Below are positions 1 through 10,990 of a DNA stretch of 64,000 nt, piece by piece. The translations under genes and the position numbers were made by a program. Below the pieces are notes generated by a model, which ran no database searches, was not told the origin of the DNA, and was given only the letters and a program-made list of their open reading frames with translations. This stretch comes from Candidatus Gygaella obscura (GTDB taxonomy: Bacteria; Omnitrophota; Gorgyraeia; Gygaellales; Gygaellaceae): assembly GCA_030765485.1 (NCBI GenBank), contig JAVCCR010000002.1:12288-76287 (forward strand). Reading direction: 5' to 3'. Within the stretch, counting starts at the first letter, position 1, and every line of letters begins with the position of its first letter.

Positions 1-682
1 AGGTAACATGATCCTTGCTAAAAGGAAGCTCAATTCCCCAGTTAATTCTATCCTTAGGCCTTGAGATACATAAATCCGATAACTTATTAAGCTTGAGAAA
101 GCTTAAGATTTCATTTCTTCTAATTTCCGGGCGGATAAAAAAAGGATTACTCTCAATATACTGAATAAGCCATTCCTGATAGTCGGACATACGAAAAAAA
201 TAATTATTTTCACTTATATGTTCCAGTTTTCTTTTACAATCAGGACAAATATTATCCTCAACCTGAGAATTACTCCAAAATGTTTCACAGGGTGTACAAT
301 ACCATCCCTGATAATTCTTTTTGTAGATATCGTTTTTGTTATAAAGAATCTTTAACACATGTTTAACCGCTGTAATATGCCTGGGCTCAGTAGTTCTAAT
401 AAAATCATTATGTGAAATATCCAAAATCTTCCAAAGCTCTTTAAAGGTAAATACTACTTTATCTGTGAATTCCTCAGGCGTTAGACCAGCCTCTCTAGCA
501 GAGCGTTCTATCTTCTGACCATGCTCATCAGTTCCTGTTAAAAACCAGACATTTTGCTCTCCAATACGATTACGCATAAAACGAGCAATAGAATCAGCAG
601 CGATATTAGTATAAGAATGCCCTATATGCGCTGAGGCATTAACATAATAAAGCGGCGTTGTGATATAAAACTTATTGTTCAT
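1..682 (-). CDS. metG: Methionyl-tRNA synthetase, N-terminal part; the C-terminus lies beyond the window start. Not in the ORF track because it is edge-truncated.
   Basis: Manual reverse-complement translation from the ATG at 682..680 gives MNNKFYITTPLYYVNASAHIGHSYTNIAADSIARFMRNRIGEQNVWFLTGTDEHGQKIE..., the class I HIGH motif and MetRS-like N-terminus. The frame stays open to position 1. Confidence 0.85.
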   Translation of the reverse strand, partial: MNNKFYITTPLYYVNASAHIGHSYTNIAADSIARFMRNRIGEQNVWFLTGTDEHGQKIERSAREAGLTPEEFTDKVVFTFKELWKILDISHNDFIRTTEPRHITAVKHVLKILYNKNDIYKKNYQGWYCTPCETFWSNSQVEDNICPDCKRKLEHISENNYFFRMSDYQEWLIQYIESNPFFIRPEIRRNEILSFLKLNKLSDLCISRPKDRINWGIELPFSKDHVT

Positions 683-687
683 AGTAT

Positions 688-1470
688 CTAAACCTTAACT
701 TCCATATGTACGCCAGACTCAAGTTCTACCATTACGCTTTGTTTTAAAGGACTGACTGCAATAACCTTGCCTTTTCCGTTTGCCGTATTTATCTTTTCTC
801 CCTCTCGCGGCATTTTCTTTAATAATTCTTTATAACATTTATGCTCATAGCTTAAACAACACATCAACCTACCGCATATACCGGAAATCTTTGGCGGATT
901 TAATGGTAAACCTTGCTCCTTAGCCATCTTTATTGTTACCGGGTCAAAATCCTTTAAAAATGTAGTACAGCACAATTTCCTTCCACAAACACCAATTCCG
1001 CCAAATAGTTTTGCTTCGTCGCGCACGCCGATCTGACGCAATTCAATCCTGGTTTTAAATATCTTAGCCAGATCCTTTAAAAGATTCCTGAAATCTACTC
1101 TTCCGTCAGCAGTAAAATAAAAAATAATTTTACTTCTATCAAATGTATACTCGGCATCTACAAGCTTCATATCCAACTTATGTTTTACAATATGCTTCTC
1201 GCATACGGAAAACGCATTCTTTGCTTTGGATTTATTATCCTCAATCATTTTTAAGTCATTTTCTGTAGCGATTCTTGAGATCTTTCTGGGAAGCTCGGAA
1301 GACTCCACCTCGGATGCGGGTAAAGCATCGGTAATAACCTGGGCACACTCAGCACTCTTATCCGTATCTACAATAACCCAATCTGATATCTTAACCGTAA
1401 AATCTTCTGGTAAATAACAATAAACCAAACGACCTGCATCTCTTAATCTCGCCTGAATAAGTTTTTCCAT
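688..1470 (-). CDS. ricT: PSP1-domain protein (YaaT/RicT family)
   Basis: 260 aa. Cys-rich C-terminal half (GVCGRKLCC, GICGRLMCC) is typical of the PSP1 C-terminal domain. Sits beside holB and tmk as in Firmicutes. Confidence 0.75.
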   Translation of the reverse strand: MEKLIQARLRDAGRLVYCYLPEDFTVKISDWVIVDTDKSAECAQVITDALPASEVESSELPRKISRIATENDLKMIEDNKSKAKNAFSVCEKHIVKHKLDMKLVDAEYTFDRSKIIFYFTADGRVDFRNLLKDLAKIFKTRIELRQIGVRDEAKLFGGIGVCGRKLCCTTFLKDFDPVTIKMAKEQGLPLNPPKISGICGRLMCCLSYEHKCYKELLKKMPREGEKINTANGKGKVIAVSPLKQSVMVELESGVHMEVKV

Positions 1471-1472
1471 TT

Positions 1473-2465
1473 TTACATCCTTGTTAATTTAGAACTAAGA
1501 TAGTTCAAAAAAAGTTTTATGTTTAAATTACTATCAATATTATTAACCGTCTTTAAAAGCTCGTCTGTGGCCTTATCGATATCAATAAGAGTAATCCCTT
1601 CCGTTGATTGTCTTAATTTATCTTCTATATCTGAATTTACAAGTGCAATATTACTTTGTGCACTTTTTAATATCCGCATATCCCTAAGATATGTCAGGAT
1701 AATAGAAAAAACCAGATTTATATCTCCTTTTGCGCTTATCTGAGACAAAAAATCACTATCAAGAATTCTGCGTTTACTTTCCAAAAAAGAATTTATTATC
1801 TTATCCCGCAATTCAAAAAAATTATTATTCTCTAATTCCATTGCCAGAGACAACCTACCTGATGTAAAACTGGCCAGGCAATCGCATCTTTTCTTTTCAA
1901 GCCCCAAGTTGTCTTTTAACCAAACAGCAACCTCATCTTTAGCGCTACAGCTGAAATTAATCTTATGGCAACGCGATAATATCGTAGGAAGAACCAAAGA
2001 AGCTGAACTAACAGTAAGAATAATTACCGTGTTTTTTGCCGGCTCTTCTAAAGTCTTTAAAAAACAATTGCTGGCCTCGTTTGTCAATCGTTCAATATCA
2101 GGCACCACTACTACTTTAGTTTTTGCCATATAAGGCCGTAATATTATTTTCTCCTGGATCTGTCTTATATCATTTATCTTTATCGTATTATCTTCACTGT
2201 TAAAAACCATCATGTCCGGATGCTGACTTTTATCAATCAAGAGGCAATGCTGACAACTACAATCCTGGCCAAAACTACCTTTAAGGCAATTAAGCGCCTT
2301 AGCAAAATCCTTGGCAATTCTTAATTTATCAACTCCCAAAGGACCAATAAATAAATAAGTATGTGCAACCCTATTACTACTAATCGCTGCTTTAAGATAA
2401 CCAACAACTTTACGTTGATCGTAGTTACTTTTTACCTGCATAAGATTTTCTTTTAAGTAAAGCAC
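1473..2465 (-). CDS. holB: DNA polymerase III delta-prime subunit
   Basis: HTYLFIGPLGVDKLRIAKDFAKALNC Walker-like AAA+ motif typical of HolB. The real start may be an internal Met (about 2441) given the overlap with tmk. Confidence 0.8.
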   Translation of the reverse strand: MLYLKENLMQVKSNYDQRKVVGYLKAAISSNRVAHTYLFIGPLGVDKLRIAKDFAKALNCLKGSFGQDCSCQHCLLIDKSQHPDMMVFNSEDNTIKINDIRQIQEKIILRPYMAKTKVVVVPDIERLTNEASNCFLKTLEEPAKNTVIILTVSSASLVLPTILSRCHKINFSCSAKDEVAVWLKDNLGLEKKRCDCLASFTSGRLSLAMELENNNFFELRDKIINSFLESKRRILDSDFLSQISAKGDINLVFSIILTYLRDMRILKSAQSNIALVNSDIEDKLRQSTEGITLIDIDKATDELLKTVNNIDSNLNIKLFLNYLSSKLTRM

Positions 2466-3087
2466 TTATATAATGTTGTATTGACTCTTGAGTCTTAGAA
2501 ACACTTTTTTCTACCTTCACTAACTTTATCCTGTTGGAGGATTGTTTTGCCAATTTTAAATAACCATTTCTTACGCGTAAATGATAAGCAAGGTTTCTTT
2601 TTTCAATACGGTCTTTAGAGTTTTTTACTCTGTGACAATTCTTCAAACCCTGTTTTAAAGGTAAATCCAATAAAAAAGTTAAATCAGGCTTTAGGCCCAA
2701 ACTTACCAAACTGCCGATTTTTTTTATCAAAATAATATCTATCCCCAGACCATAACCTTGATAAGCAATCGTAGAATCAAGAAACCTATCACAAATGACA
2801 ACCTTACCTTTTTTTAATGCTGCAAGAATCAGCTCCTCGACAATCTGCGCACGCGCTGCCATATAAAGAAGCATTTCCGTAACTTTAGACATTTTTTTAT
2901 TCTCACAATCCAACAAAATATCTCTAATTTTCTCGCTTATCTTGGTACTTCCAGGCTCTCTTACAATAATACAATCGAGGCCACTACTCTTTAAAAAAGA
3001 ACAAAGCATTTTCGACTGAGTACTCTTACCTGAGCCTTCTGAACCTTCAAATGTTATAAAGATACCTTTTAAATCTTTTTTCGCCAT
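2425..3087 (-). CDS. tmk: Thymidylate kinase
   Basis: ITFEGSEGSGKSTQ P-loop and DRF motif (ICDRFLDS). Confidence 0.9.
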   Translation of the reverse strand: MAKKDLKGIFITFEGSEGSGKSTQSKMLCSFLKSSGLDCIIVREPGSTKISEKIRDILLDCENKKMSKVTEMLLYMAARAQIVEELILAALKKGKVVICDRFLDSTIAYQGYGLGIDIILIKKIGSLVSLGLKPDLTFLLDLPLKQGLKNCHRVKNSKDRIEKRNLAYHLRVRNGYLKLAKQSSNRIKLVKVEKSVSKTQESIQHYISALLKRKSYAGKK

Positions 3088-4499
3088 GTTGAGCCTTCTC
3101 TTGTATCTTCTATGACTATACCCTTTTTATCCAATGCCTCTCTTATCCTGTCTGCTTCTGTAAACTTTTTCTGCTTTTTAAAATCCAACCTTAAATTGAT
3201 TTGTCTATCGATTTCCTCTTTTGTAATATCTAATGTTTCAATTTCTAAAAACTTTAAACCAAATATCTCAGTCATTTCATTCATCACATCAAGAGCGTAA
3301 TGCAGTATAAAAGGTTTAAATTCATCATCACTATCTAGTAACTTATTACAATTATGGACCATATCGAATAATACCGATAATGCTCTTGGCATACTAAAAT
3401 CATTATCCATATATTCGATAAACTTATCTTTAAATAGCATCATATTGCCTGTACCCTGTTTAACCACCTTGGCTAAATCAACTGTACCAAAATGCTTAAT
3501 AAGCTTATCCCTTAGAATAACAATACTTTTATAAGACTCTTTCACTTCTTCTATTTTTTTATCACTATAATCAATAGACTGAGAGTAATGCGCGGATAAA
3601 AAGAAAAGTTTTAATAAATCCATATTCTTATATCTAGCCAGAAAATCCTTTATGGTTATAAAATTACCCGAAGACTTGGACATCTTCTGAGCGTTTATAG
3701 TCAGTAGGCCGTGATGTATCCAGCATTTTGCAAAGGGCTTTTCTGTTTTAGCCTCAGCCTGAGCGATTTCATTCTCATGATGCGGAAAAATTAAATCCCT
3801 TCCTCCAGCATGTATATCTAAGGTATCAGTTTTTAGATACTTTTGGCTCATTACCGAACACTCTATATGCCAGCCAGGCCTGCCGTCACCCCAAGGACTT
3901 GGCCAAAAAGGCTCATTTTCTTTTGCCTTTTTCCATAAAGCAAAATCAAGCGGGTCTTTTTTGGTCTCGTCATGGGATTTTCTTACACCCGTAAGCATCT
4001 GTTCTATGCTTTGATGAGAAAGTTTACCGTAATCAGTGAACTTGCGCACACTAAAGTAAACCCCTGTATCTGTCTCGTAAGCAAAGTCTTTTTCAATCAA
4101 GGCTTCAATATATTTAATAATATCTTGTATATTTTCCGTTGCTCTGGGTTCATCTGCACCATCAAGAATCCCTTTTTCTATTCCCAAAGAGGTTAAGTCT
4201 TCGTTATATCTAGCGATATACTTTTCAATCAGCTCTTTCCAATCAATTCCTAACTCATTAGCTCTATTAATAATCTTATCGTCGATATCAGTAATATTGC
4301 GTACAAAATTAACCTTAAAACCCCTATATTTTAAGTAGCGCCTAATAACATCAAAGATGTAAAGGCTTCTAGCATGACCAATATGACAATCGTCATAAAC
4401 CGTAACCCCGCAGGTATACATATTTACTGTATGCTGTTTATCGCTATCTAAAATAAACTCACCTTTACCTAATGAATTTTTTACTTTTACAATGACCAT
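3069..4499 (-). CDS. cysS: Cysteinyl-tRNA synthetase
   Basis: [19 protein letters not shown] (HIGH) and KMSKSSGN (KMSKS) motifs. 476 aa. Confidence 0.92.
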   Translation of the reverse strand: MVIVKVKNSLGKGEFILDSDKQHTVNMYTCGVTVYDDCHIGHARSLYIFDVIRRYLKYRGFKVNFVRNITDIDDKIINRANELGIDWKELIEKYIARYNEDLTSLGIEKGILDGADEPRATENIQDIIKYIEALIEKDFAYETDTGVYFSVRKFTDYGKLSHQSIEQMLTGVRKSHDETKKDPLDFALWKKAKENEPFWPSPWGDGRPGWHIECSVMSQKYLKTDTLDIHAGGRDLIFPHHENEIAQAEAKTEKPFAKCWIHHGLLTINAQKMSKSSGNFITIKDFLARYKNMDLLKLFFLSAHYSQSIDYSDKKIEEVKESYKSIVILRDKLIKHFGTVDLAKVVKQGTGNMMLFKDKFIEYMDNDFSMPRALSVLFDMVHNCNKLLDSDDEFKPFILHYALDVMNEMTEIFGLKFLEIETLDITKEEIDRQINLRLDFKKQKKFTEADRIREALDKKGIVIEDTREGSTWRKKI

Positions 4500-5179
4500 T
4501 AATTTTTTTTCTTTAAATCGTTGATATTTTTTTCCAGCTCTTCAATTTTTTCCATTATCGGATCAATGATATGACGGTGATCAAGGGAAATATCAAGCTT
4601 TTTACCGTCTTGCTTGGTGATTCTACCAGGAATACCCACAACAGTAGAATTAACCGGCACATCTTTAATAACTACTGCATTTGCTCCAATATAGGAATTT
4701 TCGCCTATCATAATATCACCTAAAACTTTAGCGCCTGCACCAATAACTACATTTTTACCAATTGTAGGATGGCGCTTACCTTTTCTTACACCTGTTCCAC
4801 CCAAGGTTACCCCCTGATAAATCAAAACATTGTCTTCGATAACCGTAGTTTCACCTATCACAATACCCATACCATGATCGATAAAAATCCCTTTGCCGAT
4901 TTTCGCCTGGGGGTGAATCTCAATACCGGTTAAAAATCTACTAAACTGCGATATCAGCCTGGCGATAAATAGAAGTTTTAATTTCCAAAAGATCTGCGCA
5001 ATACGATGCAAAATAATTGCATGCAGCCCATGATAAAGAAGAACAACCTCTATTATATTGCGTGATGCCGGATCTTTTTCCAGCGCAACTTTTACCTCGT
5101 CTTTAAAAATAACACTTGTTGTAAGCGCAACCAATGCAAGAACAGATAGAAAAAGAATTAAAAAATTGAATATAAACAT
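4499..5179 (-). CDS. cysE: Serine O-acetyltransferase (hexapeptide-repeat acyltransferase) with an N-terminal hydrophobic segment
   Basis: Left-handed beta-helix hexapeptide repeats: [44 protein letters not shown]. Lies next to cysS. Confidence 0.8.
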   Translation of the reverse strand: MFIFNFLILFLSVLALVALTTSVIFKDEVKVALEKDPASRNIIEVVLLYHGLHAIILHRIAQIFWKLKLLFIARLISQFSRFLTGIEIHPQAKIGKGIFIDHGMGIVIGETTVIEDNVLIYQGVTLGGTGVRKGKRHPTIGKNVVIGAGAKVLGDIMIGENSYIGANAVVIKDVPVNSTVVGIPGRITKQDGKKLDISLDHRHIIDPIMEKIEELEKNINDLKKKN

Positions 5180-5181
5180 AA

Positions 5182-5661
5182 TTATTTCCTTTCCACTAAA
5201 ACTACAGAAAAAGCAGCAATGGCACGTTTACTGCCTATCGCCCCAAAACCTTCCTGCGTCTTGGCTTTAAGATTAATTTTACTTTTATTTATCTTTAGAA
5301 TTCTTGCCATATTTGCAATAATCTTTTGTTTGTATTTAGACAGCTTTGGTTTCTCAAGCAATAAAACACTATCGATATTGCAGATTGAAAAACCTTTTTT
5401 TCGCATTATAGAATCGGCTTTTTTTAAAATTAATTCGCTCTTTAAATCCTTATTTTCTTTTTTTGTATCGGGGAATAGCTCTCCGATATCGCCAGAGCCG
5501 ACCGCACCTAAAATAGCATCGGAAACTGCATGCAACAATACATCTCCGTCAGAATGCGCCTTCATGCCAAAACTGGAATCTATTTTTACGCCTCCGAGAA
5601 TAAATTTTTTTCCCTTTATCAAGCGATGAAGATCATAACCATAACCAACTTTATATCTCAT
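5182..5661 (-). CDS. ispF: 2-C-methyl-D-erythritol 2,4-cyclodiphosphate synthase
   Basis: GYGYDLHRL...[10 protein letters not shown] signature. 159 aa. Confidence 0.9.
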   Translation of the reverse strand: MRYKVGYGYDLHRLIKGKKFILGGVKIDSSFGMKAHSDGDVLLHAVSDAILGAVGSGDIGELFPDTKKENKDLKSELILKKADSIMRKKGFSICNIDSVLLLEKPKLSKYKQKIIANMARILKINKSKINLKAKTQEGFGAIGSKRAIAAFSVVLVERK

Positions 5662-6350
5662 TTTTTATAATTTCTATTCCTTATCAAACTTTCAGCAAAA
5701 AGAATATCCTCTGGTGTTGTTATCTTAATATTTGAATAACTTCCCTTAAATAACGCTACTTTTCTACCTAATCTTTCTACAAGCAAAGAATCATCAGTAG
5801 GCGAGAACCTACCTTTTCTTTTTAAAACCATCTTAATTAAATCTACCTTGAATGCTTGCGGAGTCTGTATCTGCCAAAGCCTTGTTCTATCTAAAGTATT
5901 CTTGATGAAATTACCATTTTTATTGCTTTCTTTAATAGTTGAAATAACAGGTACGCCAACAACACAAGCACCACTGACAGCGGTTTTCTTAATACATTCT
6001 GTAATTGTTTTTTTATCTACAAACGGCCTTGCGACATCATGAATTACTACTATATTGGTATCTTTATCTAAACGCTTAACACCATTATTGACCGAATCAA
6101 CCCTTTTTTTACCACCGGCGCATAACAGTTTTATCTTTTTTATCTTGTATTTTCTAATCAATGAATCGATTATCGGTAAATCATCGTTTTTACATACAAT
6201 AATTATATTTGTAATCAGAGGATGTATAGAAAAAGTCTTTAATGTGCGGATTGCTATCGGAATATTTAAAACCTTGACTAAGGCCTTAGAAACTTTCCTT
6301 TTTAATCTTCTACCAGAACCGGCAGCTACAACAATAGCTTCTACTTTCAT
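5658..6350 (-). CDS. ispD: 2-C-methyl-D-erythritol 4-phosphate cytidylyltransferase
   Basis: AIVVAAGSGRRL nucleotidyltransferase motif. Overlaps ispF by 4 nt. Confidence 0.88.
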   Translation of the reverse strand: MKVEAIVVAAGSGRRLKRKVSKALVKVLNIPIAIRTLKTFSIHPLITNIIIVCKNDDLPIIDSLIRKYKIKKIKLLCAGGKKRVDSVNNGVKRLDKDTNIVVIHDVARPFVDKKTITECIKKTAVSGACVVGVPVISTIKESNKNGNFIKNTLDRTRLWQIQTPQAFKVDLIKMVLKRKGRFSPTDDSLLVERLGRKVALFKGSYSNIKITTPEDILFAESLIRNRNYKK

Positions 6351-6356
6351 TATTGA

Positions 6357-7361
6357 CTACTTATGGCTTCGTCTTGAAGAATGGTTTAATTCAATGCGCG
6401 CAAATATCATCCGTCCGGCCTGCGTCTGTAACGATGATGTAACAGCAACCTTTAAGGTTTCATTTATATGTCTTCTGCCGTTTTCTACAACTACCATTGT
6501 CCCATCATCCAAATAACCAATAGCCTGATTAGACTCTTTTCCTTCCTTGATAAGCTTGATTTCCAAAAATTCACCCGGGAATACAACAGGTTTCAAAGCA
6601 AGGCTTAACTCATTGATATTTAAAACCTTCACTCCCTGGATATCAGCAACGCGGTTTAGATTAAAATCAAGCGTAAGTATCTTTGCTGATAGCATCTTTG
6701 CCAGTCTTACCAGTTTTGCATCCACTTCTTTTATATCTGCGAAATCTTCTTCGCTTATACTAACGCTAACTTTACTGTCCTTCTGCAACATATTTAGAAT
6801 ATCGAGTCCTCTTCTTCCCCTTTGCCGCTTGAGCGAATCGGTAGAATCGGCTATCTGCTGAAGTTCTCTTAAAACAAAACGCGGAACAATTAACTTGGCA
6901 TCAATAAAATTTGTCTTGCAGATATCGGTTATTCTTCCATCAATAATAACGCTTGTATCAAGTAAAACTAAATCTTCCGGAGCGTTTTCTCTTTTAAACC
7001 TGACATAAGGAATTATCAGGTTAAACTCTTCCCTCCCGCGCAAGCCAAGAAGTAAACCTAAATAACAAAATACTATAGTTAAAGTGCCTCTTACAATATT
7101 TAAAGTTTCCAATTGAAGTTTAGCAAGACTAAAGGCATCACCAACCAATTTTGCCATAATCAAGCCTAGAATTAATCCAAATACCGAACTAGAAAGTCCT
7201 CTTACAGAAACCCTGCGCATACCAACCTCAAAAACAACAATCAAAATACCAACTATGCCTCCAGAGATTGCACCAAATAGACTATGCTGATTACCTACAG
7301 AATAAAAACCTATTAATACGCTACCTAAAATAAAAAGAAGCCTAATGAATATAACGCCCAT
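6357..7361 (-). CDS. yacL: Membrane-anchored PIN + TRAM domain protein (YacL-like)
   Basis: Two N-terminal TM helices, a PIN-like central region ([14 protein letters not shown]) and a C-terminal TRAM-like beta domain. Position between radA and ispD matches B. subtilis yacL. Confidence 0.7.
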   Translation of the reverse strand: MGVIFIRLLFILGSVLIGFYSVGNQHSLFGAISGGIVGILIVVFEVGMRRVSVRGLSSSVFGLILGLIMAKLVGDAFSLAKLQLETLNIVRGTLTIVFCYLGLLLGLRGREEFNLIIPYVRFKRENAPEDLVLLDTSVIIDGRITDICKTNFIDAKLIVPRFVLRELQQIADSTDSLKRQRGRRGLDILNMLQKDSKVSVSISEEDFADIKEVDAKLVRLAKMLSAKILTLDFNLNRVADIQGVKVLNINELSLALKPVVFPGEFLEIKLIKEGKESNQAIGYLDDGTMVVVENGRRHINETLKVAVTSSLQTQAGRMIFARIELNHSSRRSHK

Positions 7362-8735
7362 TTATTTACCATCCTTCCATATAATTTTTAGAATATCATT
7401 CAAAAAACTAATACCTTTTAATTCTATATTCTTACTCGACATCTTATTTTTCAGATTATTCTCTGACAAAACGCAGGTTTTAAAACCTAGTTTTCCAACC
7501 TCGTTTATTCTCAAGCCTGCCTGTGTAATTATTCTTACTTCTGAGGCTAACCCAAGCTCTCCCAACAACACAATATCGTCTTTTATGACCTTATCGTAAT
7601 AGCTGGAAATAATACTAGCTGCAACTGCCAAATCAATTGCCGGATCAACAACCCTAATCCCGCCTGTAATATTTAAAAACACATCCTTATCGTGAAGCTT
7701 TAAACCCATACGCTTCTCTAAAATCGCTATAAGTATAGAGAATCTGTTATAATCTATTCCTTGGCATTTCCTACCTGCAAAACCAACATTACTTTTAGAT
7801 ACCAAAGATTGAACCTCAATCATTAAAGGACGCGTCCCTTCTATAATACAACTTATCGCACTACCGGAAACTCCTTTAGGCCGCTCAGATAAAAAAATCT
7901 TAGATGGATTATTTACTTCTTTAAGACCAACTGAAGTCATTTCAAATACGCCGATTTCATTGGTTGAGCCAAAACGATTCTTTACAGAACGAACAATCCT
8001 ATACAAAGAGTACCTTTCTCCTTCAAAATAAAGCACTGTATCAACCATATGTTCTAAGACGCGTGGTCCGGCCAGCATACCTTCTTTAGTTACATGTCCA
8101 ATTATCACCAGAGAAGTATCTTCGCTCTTTGCAAATTGAGTTAATACCTGAGCGCTTTCTCTGACTTGAGTTATGCTTCCTGCACTTGAACTAAAATCAG
8201 AATTAAATAAAACCTGTATTGAATCTATAACAACTAAATCCGGTTTAAGGCGTTTTATAAGCTCAATAATCACCAATACGTCCGTCTGATTGACAATAAA
8301 TAAATTCGTATTTGACTTTACTGAAAGTCTATCAGCACGGAGTTTGGTTTGTGCAATACTCTCCTCGCCACTTATATAAAGAACCTTTTTACCTAAAGAA
8401 GCTAAATTATTAGAAATCTGCAGGCTAATTGTAGATTTACCAATACCTGGGTCGCCCCCAATCAAAATAACCGAGCCTTGAACAATGCCACCACCTAAAA
8501 CTCTATCCAACTCCTCAATCCCCAACTTTATACGCTGCTTTGAAGCAATATCCACTTCACTTAACAAAACAGGGTCTGCTACCTTAAAATTAGTTGCCCT
8601 ACCTTTGGGAATCTTAATAGGCGTGTAGTCCTCTTCAACAAAACTATTCCAATTGCTGCAATCAGGACATCTTCCTAACCATTTAGGAGACTGATAACCG
8701 CAATTTTGACATGTAAAAACCAACTTTGTTTTCAT
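7362..8735 (-). CDS. radA: DNA repair protein RadA/Sms
   Basis: N-terminal zinc finger CQNCGYQSPKWLGRCPDC, RecA-like P-loop GGDPGIGKST and a Lon-protease-like C-terminus. Confidence 0.92.
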   Translation of the reverse strand: MKTKLVFTCQNCGYQSPKWLGRCPDCSNWNSFVEEDYTPIKIPKGRATNFKVADPVLLSEVDIASKQRIKLGIEELDRVLGGGIVQGSVILIGGDPGIGKSTISLQISNNLASLGKKVLYISGEESIAQTKLRADRLSVKSNTNLFIVNQTDVLVIIELIKRLKPDLVVIDSIQVLFNSDFSSSAGSITQVRESAQVLTQFAKSEDTSLVIIGHVTKEGMLAGPRVLEHMVDTVLYFEGERYSLYRIVRSVKNRFGSTNEIGVFEMTSVGLKEVNNPSKIFLSERPKGVSGSAISCIIEGTRPLMIEVQSLVSKSNVGFAGRKCQGIDYNRFSILIAILEKRMGLKLHDKDVFLNITGGIRVVDPAIDLAVAASIISSYYDKVIKDDIVLLGELGLASEVRIITQAGLRINEVGKLGFKTCVLSENNLKNKMSSKNIELKGISFLNDILKIIWKDGK

Positions 8736-9439
8736 TTAGTAACTTTTTTTTCTCTTGTCTTATAAAAAAGCTTCCAGGGATTGTTTTTGATATCTAAAAC
8801 CAATTCATCAAGATTTTCATATAACGACTCATTAACTAATAGTTTTCCAATTGTACCTTCCCCGCTTTCAATGCTTGAAGTAATCTCATCAATGGTTAAG
8901 ACAACATTCTTTAAATCCTTAGCCATATCCTGAACCATCACACCCATATCATGCATAGGTACGGGATCTTCGCCACGTATAGCCTGACCAGGACCTAACA
9001 CCTCTGCGTAATTAATACCGGGAATAATCTCTACGTACTTTTCACCTAAAAGACCTAAGGTATTAATAAAGACCTTGGAGTCTTTTGGGATTGAAACATC
9101 CTTTCTTACCCAGGCATCCAGTTCTACAAGAGTTAAATCAGAATTCTTATCCATAGGTAGAATATGGACATTTTTTATTTCCCCCACATTGACTCCTGCG
9201 ACTCTTAACGGAGAATTATTCTTTACTCCATTGGCATAATTAAAAATGATCTTTACGTTATATTTTGGCTGAACAATCTGAAAATCAGTTATAAAAAACA
9301 CCATAAAAACCATTATCACCAAGCCAATTAAAACAAAGACACCTACTTTAAATTCAAGAGTGATTTTAGGGTTCATCTTTTTCTCCTTTTTATGGATAAT
9401 CAGTATCGGTACTTTCCGTAATCGGGCCTTCAGCAGCAC
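8732..9439 (-). CDS. mlaD: Mce/MlaD-family periplasmic lipid-transport protein
   Basis: N-terminal TM followed by an Mce domain. Lies downstream of the mlaE/mlaF pair. Confidence 0.75.
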   Translation of the reverse strand: MLLKARLRKVPILIIHKKEKKMNPKITLEFKVGVFVLIGLVIMVFMVFFITDFQIVQPKYNVKIIFNYANGVKNNSPLRVAGVNVGEIKNVHILPMDKNSDLTLVELDAWVRKDVSIPKDSKVFINTLGLLGEKYVEIIPGINYAEVLGPGQAIRGEDPVPMHDMGVMVQDMAKDLKNVVLTIDEITSSIESGEGTIGKLLVNESLYENLDELVLDIKNNPWKLFYKTREKKVTK

Positions 9440-10154
9440 CAGTTATGAATTGTTTTACAACCGGATGATCGGTATTCTGAATCTCAGTAGGTGTGCCTTC
9501 GGCAATAATTTTTCCTTGATAAAGCATGGCTATACTATCAGCTACATAATAAGCGCTGGTCATATCGTGAGTAACTACGATTGAAGTAACCTGCAGTTTA
9601 TCATGAAGATTTTTTATAAGTTCGTTTATTGCTGCTGCTGTAATCGGGTCCACCCCAGTTGTCGGCTCGTCATAAAGAATAATTTCAGGCCGGGAACATA
9701 TTGCCCGAGCCAGAGATACTCTTTTTTTCATACCACCGCTTAGCTCTGAAGGCATTAAAGCACCAATCCCATAAAGCTCAACCAAAGATAAAGAATCTTC
9801 CACCTTTTTAATAATTTCATCTCTAGACATTTTGGTATGTTCAAAATAGCTGAAACCTACGTTTTCTGCAACATTTAAAGAGTCAAACAAAGCTCCGCCC
9901 TGAAAAACCATACCGATTTTTTTACGTACCTGGTTAAGTTCTTTTGCACCCAACCGGGCAACATTAGTACCGCCAACCAAAACTTCTCCATTGTTAGGCT
10001 TTAAAATACCAACAATGTGCTTTAAAAGCACTGATTTTCCGCAACCAGAACGACCAATAATAACCTTGGTTTCGCCTTTTTTTATCTTTAGACTTGCACC
10101 ATTTAAAACCCTATGAGCACCAAAAGACTTTTCGATATTAATTAACTCTATCAT
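9390..10154 (-). CDS. mlaF: ABC transporter ATP-binding protein (MlaF-like)
   Basis: Walker A GRSGCGKS, signature LSGGMKKR, Walker B ILYDEP. Likely start MIELINIEK forms TGATG coupling with the mlaE stop. Confidence 0.85.
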   Translation of the reverse strand: MIELINIEKSFGAHRVLNGASLKIKKGETKVIIGRSGCGKSVLLKHIVGILKPNNGEVLVGGTNVARLGAKELNQVRKKIGMVFQGGALFDSLNVAENVGFSYFEHTKMSRDEIIKKVEDSLSLVELYGIGALMPSELSGGMKKRVSLARAICSRPEIILYDEPTTGVDPITAAAINELIKNLHDKLQVTSIVVTHDMTSAYYVADSIAMLYQGKIIAEGTPTEIQNTDHPVVKQFITGAAEGPITESTDTDYP

Positions 10155-10981
10155 CATATAATAAAATAAAATAACGCAGCGAAGAAACAATCCGCTGCAA
10201 TGATTAAAATGAACGTCTTAACAACCGAACTAGTTGTTGCCTTGCCAACTCCTTCTGCTCCTCCTTCAACGCGAAAACCCTCAAAACTAGCAACAATAGC
10301 AATAATCATACCAAAAACCGAAGTCTTAACAAGACCAATAAACATATCCTTCAGCATTAAAGCATCAAAAGTCATAGAAAAATAAAGATTTGATGGAATC
10401 CCAAGACGGTTTACGCAGATAAAGTAACCTCCCATAATCCCTACGATATCAGAATAAAGCGTAAGAACCGGAAGCATTATTGCAAGAGCTATGAATCTTG
10501 GCACAACCAAATATTTTACCGGGTCTGCGGCAAAGGTATAAAGAGCATCAACCTGTTCAGTAACTTTCATTGTTCCGATTGCTGCGGTAATTGCCGCACC
10601 ATTTCTCCCAGCAACAATTAACGCCGTTAATACAGGCCCTAATTCTCTTACTAAAGATACAGCGACAATATTAGCGATATAAATCTCAGAAGACAGTTTC
10701 TGCATCTGATACGCTGTCTGAAGCGCTAAGATTATTCCGGTAAAAAAAGCCACCAGACTTACAATAAGAAGACTATCCAAACCGATATTTTTTGACTGCT
10801 GAATAATCCTTTCTTTCTTCAACGGTGGCCTAAAAATCCAGACAATCGTATTAAAAAAAAGCAAAGACAGATTTCCCAGATAATCAAAAAACACAAAAAT
10901 AGGATTCATGTGTTTTAAAAACGGCCTAAAGGTATGTTTTATTTCTCTAAACTTTATGTATTTAGATGCAAAAAATTTCAT
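10154..10981 (-). CDS. mlaE: ABC transporter permease (MlaE-like)
   Basis: Multi-TM permease immediately upstream of the MlaF and MlaD homologues. Confidence 0.75.
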   Translation of the reverse strand: MKFFASKYIKFREIKHTFRPFLKHMNPIFVFFDYLGNLSLLFFNTIVWIFRPPLKKERIIQQSKNIGLDSLLIVSLVAFFTGIILALQTAYQMQKLSSEIYIANIVAVSLVRELGPVLTALIVAGRNGAAITAAIGTMKVTEQVDALYTFAADPVKYLVVPRFIALAIMLPVLTLYSDIVGIMGGYFICVNRLGIPSNLYFSMTFDALMLKDMFIGLVKTSVFGMIIAIVASFEGFRVEGGAEGVGKATTSSVVKTFILIIAADCFFAALFYFII

Positions 10982-10990
10982 TTTTTCTGT

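Noticed and set aside
1226-1417. Plus-strand ORFs of 60-150 aa lying inside minus-strand genes (e.g. 1226..1417, 1519..1743, 5219..5629, 6055..6516, 10908..11366, 21645..22043, 55227..55661, 60458..60919)
   Set aside because: Each is fully embedded antisense in a well-supported gene, has a low-complexity Ser/Leu/Phe-rich translation typical of antisense AT-rich frames, and has no RBS. Treated as spurious.
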